A program made the position numbers and the translations under genes. This document shows, piece after piece, positions 50,756-62,490 of a stretch of DNA of 64,000 nt. The DNA lies in NCBI RefSeq assembly GCF_018350175.1, contig NC_058368.1:237400001-237464000 (forward strand). Reading direction: 5' to 3'. Below the pieces are notes generated by a model. That model did no database searches, was not told the DNA's origin, and saw nothing but the letters and a program-made list of their open reading frames with translations. This DNA comes from Felis catus. Taxonomy: Eukaryota. How positions within the stretch are numbered: the stretch's first letter is position 1; each line of letters opens with the position of its first letter.

Positions 50756-53700
50756 TGCAAATGTAAGTGCTCACTCACAGTGAACATTCTGAGGGTGTCC
50801 TCTAGGCTATTGTTGGCTATCGTCAACGGCAGAGGCTCTCGGAGTCTGAGATGGGCACCCCAGGACACCTGCTGCAGGAAGCTGGGCTCCACCCTGGGGA
50901 ATAAGCCCGCACTCCAGGGGCTGTTTACAGAAAAGCCCATTTCGCACACAAAATTAGCCGGCCGGGCACCCAGGTGTCCGTTTACCGCGCCAGAGCTGAC
51001 CTTCCTAGGAACGGGCTCAGCGTGCAATGCCGTGGATGGGTCAACCACCCCAGCAGCACTGCGTGCCTGAAGGTTGGCATCGGTCACCACGCTTCCAGAT
51101 CGCACTCTCCAACAAGACGCGGGCTTCGTTGGGCTCTCCGACTTTCCGGGAAGGCAGAAACGATGACGAGCATGGGGCTTAAGCAGAAAGGCAACAGGAA
51201 GAGTTCTACCAACTTGGACCGTCCCCCAGACTAACCCAACGGGGCTGAAAGTCGCCTTGCAAAAGGGTCTCTTGGCCGTCGGGAACCGGTGGGTGGACCA
51301 CGAGACAGCAATGGCCAGGTCATTCTTGGTTCTATTCTGTAACGTTTTTTTGTGATCTTTGACCACTTTCAGAAACATTGTTACAAGCTTCAGATTGCTC
51401 ATCTTTGAAATTGCACTAACAATACGATCGATCCCAAAGGATCGCCATAAGAAACAGAAAGCGGTCGATATACAAACTGCCTAGAGCAAACGAGGGGCTT
51501 ATGAACACTCGTTACTTTTCCTGCCTTTATTCCTTTCCTTCTTTCCAAGATGGTCTGTGTTTGAAGGTAGGAGCTGTGGAGCCCAGCACTAAGGATCAAA
51601 TACCACCAGTCAGGAAGGAAGTTTCATGACTTTCAATTTTTGAAAACAACTTGACTCGCCCCCCACCAAATCCCCCAGCCTGTCTCACCAACACGTGTTC
51701 TGATAAAAAGACAGGCTGGGGGATGTGTCGTCATCCACAGAGGACCAAAGGAATATGTTTGGGGAGCAAAACGTTTCTGTGGGGGAACAATCACCTCCTT
51801 TCCCTTGATAAAGGAGGTCCCTAAGCAGCTGGGTGGCATCGCGTTGGGCCGTGACAGTAAGTCTCAAGGCTGCAAGTATCACATCCCGGACCAGATTCTG
51901 AGATGAGGCTTTGGTGTGTGAATGGGCCAAAGCCACCAACACTGTGCACAGCCTCATGAAAACCAAAACCAAGAGGTCTCTTGTTTTGTTGTTTTTTCTT
52001 TTCCAAACATTTTGAAGTTTTGGGGTAGACAATTTTAACCTTCTTGTCTCTCCCTGAAGCCAAGAGGTTTTGTTTTCACTGAGTACAAATGGTCCATTTA
52101 AACAGGTCATTAAAATTTTCATGCGTCTCCTACGTTCTTTAGGACTCTAAAGTTGGGGTAGAATAAATCAGGAGGAGACTGACAGGAAAAGTGGCCAAAT
52201 GCCGGAATGAATCTCCTTTGAGAAGCATCGCCTCCTGGCTGTGCGGGAAGCAAAGTTGCAGGAAAGCTCCAACGCACACAAACCCATCCACGGACGTCGC
52301 AACTGCTCTGTGACATTCTATCGACTCAGGTCCCAGCTCCTTTAAACAAACGGCAGAAGGTCATGTCACATGGTTTGCGGGTGGGGTGTGACGTTGAGTG
52401 GCTAACTGCCTGACAGGTCAACAGCATTTGTGCCATAGACTTGAAATCCAGACCACCGCCTGGTCAGAGCTGTGGGATCCGTGTCTCTCGCGAGGTTCAC
52501 CAGGGCAGCCGAAATGTTGGTTGCCTTGAGTAAGAAAGGTGCGTTGTCTCTGGGTAAGCGAGCAGATGGTAAGATCGTGAGCAAGGTGGCCCATGAGAGA
52601 AATCATCTTTCAAGCCGGATGCCCTCGAGTGCCCTCCACCGTCTATCCCGCTATCAGGTACTGCTGGACCGTGGAGGCTCTTCCCAAATCCTGGGGAGAC
52701 GATGTTCTGCCACCACGTGCACTACTGTCTGGGGAGAAGGTCTTCTGCATCTCCTGGGAGCAGAGCACACAGGGAAGGTAACAGAAGGGAGCTGAGCACA
52801 GGGCACCCCATGGGAAGGAGGGGGCCTCCTTCACATCCTTACATCTACAGGGCTGGATGCCAGCTGGCCCTTCGGCCGGACAGAGAGTCTGCTTCCAGGA
52901 CCTGTGAGGTGGTCTTCGGATTTGCTACGGAATGCCACTTGTCCCGGGCTGGAAGGGCAGCCTCCTGCGCTGAGGGCAGCCAGGCACAGTTTGAGGTCCC
53001 CGGACGGCGCCGTGAGGGCAGGAGTGCAGGCTTTCTCTGGTGGCGGGGAGTTCGGTCGTGGTCCCCGTGGCGGGGGAGACGTTCACATGCCACTTCTTTT
53101 TTTATACAGCTTTACTGGAATGGGATTTACATACCACAGAATTCATCCATTTGCAATGTACAGCTTAATAATTTGGGGTACGCTTACAGTTGCGTGCAAC
53201 TGTGACCACGGTCAATGTTGGAACATTTTGATCACCTCAAGAGAAACCCAAACTCGTTAGCAAGAACTCCCTTCTCCCGCCATGACCCAGCCCTAAGAGG
53301 CCACTCATCGACTCTCTGTCTCTATAACCCTCTTCTGGACATTGTACGTCCTGGAATCATAAACTCTGCGGCATTTGGTTTGGTCTCTTTCTCCCGGGAT
53401 CATGCTCTCAAGGGCACCCACCTTGGAGACACGGGTCAGCACTTTACTCCCTTTGGTGGCCGACTCATTTTCCTGTGCACGATGGACCCTATTTGCTCAT
53501 CCATCCATATGCTGATGTGCCTCTGAGTTGTTTTCCACCCTTCGGCTGTTGTGACTCATGCCGCTGTGAGGATTTGCGTTCAAGCTTTCTCATGGAGAAC
53601 ACTTTCATTTATCTTGAGCGTATATCTAGGAGTGAAACTGCTGAGTCCTACCACAAGTCTGTGTTTAATTTAACCTTCGATGAGGCACCAGGCTGCTTCC

Positions 53701-53777
53701 AAAGGGGCTGCGCCATCAGCCATTCCCACCAACAGTGCGCGAGGCTTCTGAATTTTCTATGTCCACGTCCACGTGGG

Positions 53778-53988
53778 TTTTTTTTAAATGTTTATTTATT
53801 TTTGAGAGTGAGAAGAGACAGAGCGTGAGCGGGGGAGTAGCAGAGAGAGGGAGACACAGAACCCGAAGCAGGCTTCAGGCTCCGAGCTGTCAGCACAGAG
53901 CCTGAAGCGGGGCTCGAACTCACGAAGTGTAAGGTCATGACCTGAGCCTAAGTCAGACGCTCAACCGACTGAGCCACCCAGGCGCCCC
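53778..53988 (-). mobile_element. SINEC_Fc-like CAN-SINE nested in L1MB
   Basis: T tail, full body, head ending gagccacccaggcgcccc. Confidence 0.96.
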
Positions 53989-54288
53989 ATGCCGAAGCAT
54001 ATTTTTATTGGACTTTGGATTCCAGCCTCCCTAGGAGGGGGGGGAAGTACCCTCTCAATATCGTTCTGATCTGCATTTCACTGGAGGCCAATGATGCACG
54101 TCTTTTCACCTGCTTATTGCACATTTGTGTATCTTCCTTGGAGAAAGTGTATATTCAGAGCCTGTCACCATTTTTTTTAATTGAATTATTGTGTTTCATT
54201 TTTGAGCGTAAGAGTTCCTTATGTATTCCACGTACAAACCCCATCAGATATATGATTTGTGAATATGTTCTCCCATCCTATCCATTGA

Positions 54289-54458
54289 TTTTATTTTAAT
54301 TAATTAATCTATTTATTTTTTGTTTGTTTGTTTATTTTTAAGTAGGCTTCCCACCCAGTGCAGAGCCCAACGTGGGGCTTGGACTCACGAGCCTGAGATC
54401 AGGACCTGAGCCCAGATCAAGGGTTGGACGCTTAACTAACTGAGCCACCCAGGCACCC
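54289..54458 (-). mobile_element. Short CAN-SINE lacking the (CT)n tract, nested in L1MB
   Basis: Tail joins directly to taagtaggcttcccacccagtgcagagccc, and head ends gagccacccaggcaccc. TSD tatccatt at 54279-54286 and 54459-54466. Confidence 0.92.
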
Positions 54459-56912
54459 TATCCATTCTTTTAAATTTCCTCCTGGCGTCCTTTGAAGGAC
54501 AGAAGTTTTTAATTCTGATGAAGTCTGACTTGTCTGTTTTGTAGTTTGCTCATGCTTTTGGTGTCATACCTACCATCCACCATCAAACCCACAGTCATGA
54601 AAATTTACTGGTGCATTTTCTTCTAAAAGTTTTACTGTTTTGGTTCATACATTTAGGTCATTGTTCCATTTTGAGCTAATTCTGTAAATGGCGTAAAGAT
54701 TCAACTTCATCCTTCTGCATGTGGCCACGCGGCTATCCCAGCACAATTTGTTGTCAAAGTTATTTTTCCCCATTGAATGGTCTTGGCACCCTTGTCCAAA
54801 ATCAACTGACCATAGACACACTTGAGCAGAGACAGTCTGCAAAAGGTTCATCTTCTGTCCAAGACCAGCTAAGAACAGAAATGGAAAGTAAGCATTTAGA
54901 AACTGTTGTCGCACTGTGACAGAGTAATTTTATGTCTGTTGAGTTTCATCATTTAAAAGTTTGTTCTTTCATCATTTATATTCATTGTGATTGTATTTAA
55001 AAAAGGCGGTCTGCTCTGGATTGGGGGTAGGGCAATCCTGGTCCTTCTCGCAAGCTGGTTGGAGAAGCCGTGATCTTCAAGATGGGGGGTCGGGGCGGGG
55101 GGAGTGGGGAGACCCAGAGGGAACGCTGCTGTGTAGGAAGCTGATCGGCTCGTGGGCAAACACTCCTTTCGTGGGTATGAAATCTACACTGACACAGTCT
55201 GGCCAAGAACAATCTGCATCTGCTCTTATCTGTGTTAAATGCAAAGTCTTTATCATTTAAAGTGCCCTATTAGTGAAAAAATTAGTAAGAACGCACTGTC
55301 TTTCTCAAATTAGCCAAGAAGTCAGACTATGCAGATCTGGGGATCAGACAGAGGCAAGGGGTCAGCAAATGGAACCGATAAGGCCATGTGATTTCAAATA
55401 TTTCAATATACTTAAAAGGTGTGCAAATTCAAATAAATCTCAAAGCCTACGTTTATAGCTAACATTTTTTTTTTTTTGAATTTTAAGATCGCTTCTGTTG
55501 GTTCAAAAAATGATGGGAGCATATTATTTTGCAGGGATATGAAGATTGAAGCCCAAATAGAAAACTCAGGAAAGCCTCCTTCTAGAATTCTAATAACTGA
55601 TTCCGTAGAGACTGCCGTCAGGGGCTTGGGAGCACACACCGGGTACTCACTGCGAGGCCTTTCCTGGGTTATCTGGCTTTGAAAGGATCATGTTCAAACC
55701 CTGCCAAGATAAAAGGCGGCCTCCACAGGCTATGAGCTGGACCGTTAAACATTTCCATATGACAAAGTCCTCTCCTGAGGTCTGACCCGCTGGGAGAGCC
55801 CAAGTCTGCAGATCTGAAGAAGTCAGACCCTCTTCTGCCCTGCTTCTCAGAGACAAGTCTGGTGGGAGAGCTTTGAAAACTACTTTAAAATGCTTTCTGG
55901 GGGGGGAGAGTCTTAACGAAAAAGGAGCTACGTACATAACAATGTTCAACACCAAACTCTTATTTAAATGGATTTTTAGAATTTAAAAAAAGAAAGAAAA
56001 AAAAGGCAACCAGGGGTTATCGTACATCATGAGAATAAGGTTCATTTCTGTTGGCTCCCACTCGCTCCTTTTGATTCGCTTGTCAGATATTATTTATTTC
56101 TTATCTTGATATTTACTTCATCAATTTAAAAGAATGATAGCGTTTTCTATTTAGAAGCACCGTAAGCTTCTTTTGTCCCACCATCTTAAGTTTCTAGAAG
56201 GACTTACCGGACGTGGTCTAAACGGGGAGACATACCTGGATTTTCTTTTTTTATTATTTTTAAAAGTCATTTCTTGGGTTTTCTTTTCTACCTTTCCCAC
56301 TAATTAATTTTAATCATTTTTCTCTTGACCTTCTTAGTCATCTTTAGATATGCGCTTAAAACCAGGTACTGAATGCAATCAGTGTACGATATGTTGTTTA
56401 CTCACGTCATTTCTCGCCAGTGTCTCAGATATCGGAGGCAACTGATACATGATTTCCCACTGGCTGCAAAAGATCTATTCTTTGAAGCATTTGTAAGGCT
56501 TTTAGGAACATTTTTATGTGAAAACAAAAACGAAGAAAATCGTTTCTCCTGAAAACATTCCTACCATTCGTCTACGAGTTTTTCGTGCTTGTATTTTCGA
56601 ACACTGCAACATGAGGCCAGTTGTGAAGTTGCGAAGCCAAACCCTGCTCCTTTCGGACCTCTCAAACGGTTTAGAGGGGACATACTGATTCCCTGTGACA
56701 CACAGGGGGTGGTTTTAACACGCAAACTCTTTGCTGATAGTAGAATGGGGGTGTAATTGGCCTCCAAGACTGGAGCCGCTGGAAGAATGACCAGCTTGAT
56801 AACACATCGGAGACGCTGTACTGGCAGCAGGAGCTAAAGGTTTAAATGTAAGAAATGTGCAGAGTTCATGCAAAGGTAATGTCTTCATGTCACACAGGAC
56901 CCAGCAAACTTC

Positions 56913-57135
56913 TTTTTTTTTTTTTATTTTTTTAATGTTTATTTATTTTTGAGAGAGGGCGACAGAGCACGAGCAGGGGAGGGGCAGAGAGAGAGGGAGA
57001 CACAGAATCCGAAGCAGGTTCCAGGTTCTGAGCTGTCAGCACAGAGCCCAGCGCGGGGCTCGAACTCACAGACCCTGAGATCGTGACCTGAGCCGAAGTC
57101 AGACGCTTAATTGACCGAGCCACCCAGGTGCCCCC
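56913..57135 (-). mobile_element. Full-length SINEC_Fc-like CAN-SINE (left unit of doublet)
   Basis: Long T tail, full body, head ending gagccacccaggtgcccc. Confidence 0.97.
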
Positions 57136-57250
57136 TTTTTAAAAAATAGTTTAATGTTTGTTTATTTTTGAGAAAGAGAGAGGCAGAGACAGAGACAGAG
57201 CACAAGACGGGGAGGGGCAGAGAAAGAAGGAGACACAGAATCCGAAGCAG
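57136..57250 (-). mobile_element. 5'-truncated CAN-SINE (right unit of doublet)
   Basis: Tail and GA-rich tract up to gagacacagaatccgaagcag, then an abrupt end at the TSD copy. Confidence 0.93.
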
Positions 57251-59079
57251 AGGACCCAGCGAACTACCTCGGGGCTCGTGCACACCTGTGTCAGTACCAA
57301 CGGACAGGTGCTGTGCTGGGTGACGTGGTCCCTACAGAGATGTGTCTCAACACACCCAGGTCCCTCTGATAGCTGACAGGGCTGAGCCTGCACACGTGGG
57401 GCGGGGGGTGGAGGGGGGAATCTTGTATTCTGTCACCTCTTCTGAAATACCTGCTCCAGGAAGGATTTTGTTCCCAGAACCCTAAAATGCCACGTTTGTA
57501 AGCAATATGTCCCTTTAACCCTTGGGGAGTAATAAAACCTTTTTCTGTCATCTCTGGGAGCTCCTGGTTTGCCTGTTCTGACCTATGACACATAGAGGCA
57601 GCCTCACCCACGATGCCCAGGGGAACAGTGAAGGCACAAAATAAAGGACAATGAGGTATGCTTTCAGGTTAACTATGTGTCAGGCAATAAAATAAAAAAA
57701 AAAGTGGCTGATATGTGCATTTAGCAGCCCAAAGGCTAAATGAATCCATTGAAATTACCTTTATTTATTTATTTATTTTTATGAAACTTCACATGGAATA
57801 GTTTTTAAAAGTATATCTGGAAGGTCCAGAAAGTTGTATTTTAATCAGCCAGCCTAAAAATAAAACGTGAATAGCTCTTTGGAGAACAGAATTTGTTCTA
57901 TCCCGAAAGTTCCTTTTGAAAACTCGGGTAATAAATGTATCATCAAATTTACAGAATTGGAAGCTAAATTTAAGGTTCTGAGGAAACAAATGCAACGCAC
58001 CGTGCCGTCTCACTCACTGCACGCCGTTTTGGAAGCTCTTCGTGTTTCTGTTAAGAATTTATGAGTAGAAATGGAAGAATGGATAGTCGTATCCGAATCT
58101 CACAAGTGGATTTCACTATGTCTGTGAATATTTAAATGATCCGAAGTTACCCTCTTGGCTCCCTTAACTTCCAGGCTCTTTGTGCAGAGCGGCAGGGAAG
58201 AAACACACCCACACACACTGTAACCACTTCCCATAATAGTCTCTATAAGAGATTATTAAGATGTGGATTTTACTAATTTTATTGTGAAAAGATATGAATC
58301 ATTTCTCTGCCCGTAAAACTCACAATTCGCCCTTCCCTCCCCCTGGCTCGGCACCAGAACTATTGTCACCACTATTTTTGAGGACCCTCCCCACTGCCTC
58401 TACGCTGGCGGGGCCCGGGGCGTGGGTTCCTCTCCCCGTCCTCCTCTGGCCTCAGCCACAGCTGGCTCTTGGCCTTGAGAACTTCCTACTCCTTCGCTGA
58501 AGACCCCCACCCTCTAGGCACCCACAGGGCAAACCTGAGCCTCCTGGGTCTCGCGAAGAGGAACCCAGCACGGAGTGAGGCTTGAGGAACCACCTGCCAT
58601 GAGGAGCAGGGGCTGGCGTGCGTGGCTCAGACATGTGTGAGTTCGCCTCCCGGTTTTGCCTGGGTGATGCATAAGGGAGACTGTCAGAGGGAAAGGTGTA
58701 TCAGCAAAAATGGGACCGACGTTGGGTCATCAGGTCAGATCTTTGGAGCAGCGGCGAAGAAATAAGGCCCCAGGAGCTCACAAAGAGTTGCTAGGATACC
58801 GAGGTCTCCACCGTCAAACAGGTGCCACGTCACCATGACCTCGTCCAGGAACACGGTTCCCGGCCTCGTACAGGTGACTGTCCCTATGCCGTCGGCCACT
58901 GTTTGTTAGTTTGCGCACAAAACTTAGCCCTAGGTATTACTACATGTGCCCTTGACCCTAACAATGCACCTAGATGCCATCGCACGTGCAGGGACGTTGC
59001 GGGCAGGGGGACGATGAAGCCAGGTCACAGAGGAGACAGTTCCCGCACTCAGCCGCCAATAGCAGGGACAACAAGCTGG

Positions 59080-59215
59080 CCCCGTGTCAGGCTCTTTGCA
59101 AGCTCTCTGGAAAAATGTCTCATTTATTCCGAGTCCTGTGGGCCCAGTGTTGTGTTGTCTGCACTTTGTAGATGAAAACAGCGAGGTTTCATGGGACAGG
59201 TGTCACACCCGACTT
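59080..59215 (-). mobile_element. MIR fragment
   Basis: tgtctcatttattcc...cactttgtagatgaaaacagcgagg resembles antisense MIR. Confidence 0.55.
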
Positions 59216-62200
59216 AAGGGAGGAGAAGTAACCTTACAGAGACATGGAGGGGACTTCCACTCTGCTCTCTGGGGTGACCTCTGTCCTGGCCAGGATGGTC
59301 TGGGCTGAGACACTGTGCCTGTACCCGGTGGCCATATCCATGTTCTTCGAGGGAACTTTCCACAGCAGAAGAGGAGTCTGTCCAGAGCCAGGAAGCGGGA
59401 AGGTTCACAGGTCTCGGCAAATCCGTTAGGAAACTGCCCGGTGACAGCTCTGGTCTCCTGGGTCACGTCTCAGACTTCTGGGTCAGGTGCTTTGTGCTTA
59501 AAGGGAAGGGTGATGGTGGTGGTGTTTTTAGCCACAGGAAAGCCTTGAGGTCACGCATTTTGACTTAGCAAAGGCCATGCGCCCCCATCCTTGGCACGTG
59601 GAAATGAAGCCACTGCAGTGACATGGGTCTAGAAGCTTCCAGGCAGCAAGGAGGAACTTTCTCCTGCTTTCTGCTGAAGGAGCGCTGAGCAGGAACCCCG
59701 GCCTCAGACAGGCCCGCCTCCCCGCCAAGCTGCACTGCCGCCCGGGGCACAGGCGGGTTCCAGAACTCCCCCAGCCCCGGCCGGCCGACACCAGCCACAG
59801 GGCTTGCCGGGCCTGCCCACGGGCCACGAGGCGCCGCAGTGGTCGTTTCCAAGATCTCTTTACCTGCAAAACCTAAAAGGAAACGTGCAGGTGCATTAAG
59901 TTGCTGGAAATGAGCAACGGGAGGCATCTCACTTCTGAAACTCGGTTTTCCGAAAGCTTTGTTTAAAACTAAACGGACGTTTCCGGTCACTCGCGGCCCG
60001 ATGTGAGCGGACTGCAGAGACGCCGCGTGCGCGCGGGGAGCCCCTCGCCTCCTGGCGCCCCCCTCCTGGGGCAGCAGAGGAAAGGGGAACGTTTTACTCT
60101 GTCCCTTCCATTAAAAGTTCGCTTCCAACGGCATCTCGCGCTTGGTCACTTTACGGGCGGTCATGGGCGCGATGCACTATGGAGCCTGTCCTGGGTGTCA
60201 CTGAGTCAACACGTTAATTCATTTCATTTCTAAATGACATTTACTTATACGTTGCAAAGCCAGGGGAGAGGGAGTCTGTGTTGGCTTTATCTCCTCCGAA
60301 ATTAAGATAGCGGCTTAAATTGAAAATGTAATTTAAATCCTCTCCGGCAGGAGAGTCGGGCCTCTCACCCCCCCCCCCCACCCCCACCCCAGCAGGGCTT
60401 CACAGAGAGACTGGAACAGCCAGGATGCCGTGGAGGCAGTTCCCCCGTCAAAAGAGAATTCGGAGCGGATAGAGACAAATCATCCCATGACAGAGGTTAA
60501 AAGAAACCTGTTACTATGACAACAGATGGGGTCAGATAACAAAATGAACAGCCACTTTTGATCTTCAAAAAATTCTCTTCCCTTTGCTCTCGCCTGTTAT
60601 CTGGACCATTCCATCAAACACCTAGCAGATAACACAGCTGAAAACCCAATCGACCTTCAAGAAAACCCAGACAAGTTGGAAAGTGTATGGAAAGGTTACC
60701 ATCACAGCCAAGGCTTTCTGATGATATTTGCCTGGGTACACAGAAACACACACACACAGCCATTCCTTGCGAATGCGACGGCGTAGGGTTCAAAGGAATC
60801 CACACAAGTGCTTAACACATGTACATAACAGTAATGTTTTTATATCACCGAGAATTGAGAAAGTGAGAGGCGTGCAGAGCTAAAAGATTTAGGTGTCAGG
60901 GCTCCCTGTCACCTCAGTTTGGATTAGTTAGTGTAGAGACAGTTGACATCACATCGGCACACAAACAAAATTACACCCATGAATGGCTGCGATTTAAATG
61001 GGGAGGGGGCTCAAACTCATTCGGTGGTAGTCACAGACAAGTCGATCAAAAAGCACATGTCGAGGAAAGGAAACTCGGCACGCCTTTCCCGTGCTGTTTG
61101 GCCGTAGAGAGATCAAGCAGGAGCCCGGGCACGCGGTGCATTTCCTCCAGACGTTTGTGGCGCTCAGTACCCAGCACGGTCTCGGCACCGCCTAGGTCTC
61201 AGCACCTCGAGCAGGACGCTCATGTTACAGGGCGTCTTCAAAAAGGCAACATGAACGTGTTCTATATTTCGGCATATACGACTTTTCCTTTTTGTGATGA
61301 TGGTCAACAAATACATTTGCATTGAAAACCATCAAGTTGTCTCCGCCAAAGTGAGGTAAGTTTTCCACATCGGTGCTGTACAATCTGTTCATTGTGGGCG
61401 GGTGCCCATCTCTGCTGCTTTGGCCAGATTGCAGCAGAGATGTGTGGTAAATGGGGAATTCGTCCTCTGTGAGCGTGTGACACCCAGAGCCTGATTCGCA
61501 GCGGCCTTGGACGTGAAAGAGAAGAGGCGCTTCCAGGAAGACCGCCCTGGTCCCGCGGGTGTGACTTCCCACAACATGGCGCCATTCTGAACTCAAGTCT
61601 TCACGGCACGGCTCAGGCTGGAGAGATTTATTCACATTTGGTTTTAAGAAAAGAAGAAATGTCTCTCAATCAAATCTTTCATTCAAAAGATTTTGGAAAG
61701 CATACATCCCTTTCCTATTGGCTTCCAAAACAAATTATTTCCAACACGAAATCATTTGGGATGAAAGGTGCCCAAAGCTAAGGCAGCAGAGAGTGAATTT
61801 AAACTGGCTTCAGGGATAATTATTTGCTCTGGTCGAGCCCAAACACACAAAAACGAACAGGACTCCCTACACGGTGATTTTCTCAAATACCAATAAATGT
61901 TTAAATGTAACAGAATATGGAGAACGGCCACATGTCAATTTTGAAGTGACCTCAAAATTCATAATGTCTACGATCATGAAAAGACTAAGGTATTTTGATG
62001 TAAAGATGTGAATGAAAACAGAAAAGGCGTTTTTCCCCCCTTTCTTTTTTAGCTTAAGTGGCATTTGTTGTTTATAATTTCTGGGTCTAAGAACTAAATG
62101 TCTCCCAGTTGCAGTAAAGAAACTGTTAAAAACCTGGTTATTAAATGAATATTTTCCAAATTTTCTTCAGGATATAGTAGAACAGTATTCAACTTATAGC

Positions 62201-62339
62201 AAATGTCTTGGGTCATTATGAAGGAAGTTTGATGGAATTCGTTCTGTAGAGACAGCGAATTGCAGGGTGTTTCTGGGAGGCTGGATGGTGTTGGTCACAG
62301 GTCAGTGGTGGCCTCAGCACAGACATGTACTCGTCCTGC

Positions 62340-62490
62340 GGCAGCCACTCCTCTCAATGGTGAGGGTCACTTACATCCCAATGCAGTCCAAGGGGGCAGC
62401 TCTTACCTCTAATTTCAAATGGGGAACCCAAGGTTCAGAGACGTGGTCATTCCCAGGAGCACTCGGGCCATCAGGGCGGCCGTGAGCCAA
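62340..62490 (-). mobile_element. MIR fragment
   Basis: atttcaaatggggaacccaaggttcagagacg resembles the antisense MIR core. Confidence 0.5.

Larger units (their letters stand above)
53094..54820 (-). mobile_element. L1MB-like element (ORF2 C-terminal part plus 3' end), interrupted by two CAN-SINEs
   Basis: Minus-strand translation NKLCWDSRVATCRRMKLNLYAIYRISSKWNNDLNV resembles ORF2 NKWCWENWISTCKRMKLDPYLTPYTKINSKWIKDLNV. 3' end acagctttactggaatgggatttacatacca. Confidence 0.9.

Noticed and set aside
1982..57250. tRNA genes suggested by A-box/B-box-like motifs
   Set aside because: All are the tRNA-derived heads of CAN-SINEs, followed by SINE body and A tail.
1982..57250. SINE orientation bias (10 minus versus 3 plus) as evidence for a + strand host gene
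   Set aside because: The sample is small (two-sided binomial p about 0.09), some copies are not independent, and L1/LTR orientations are mixed.
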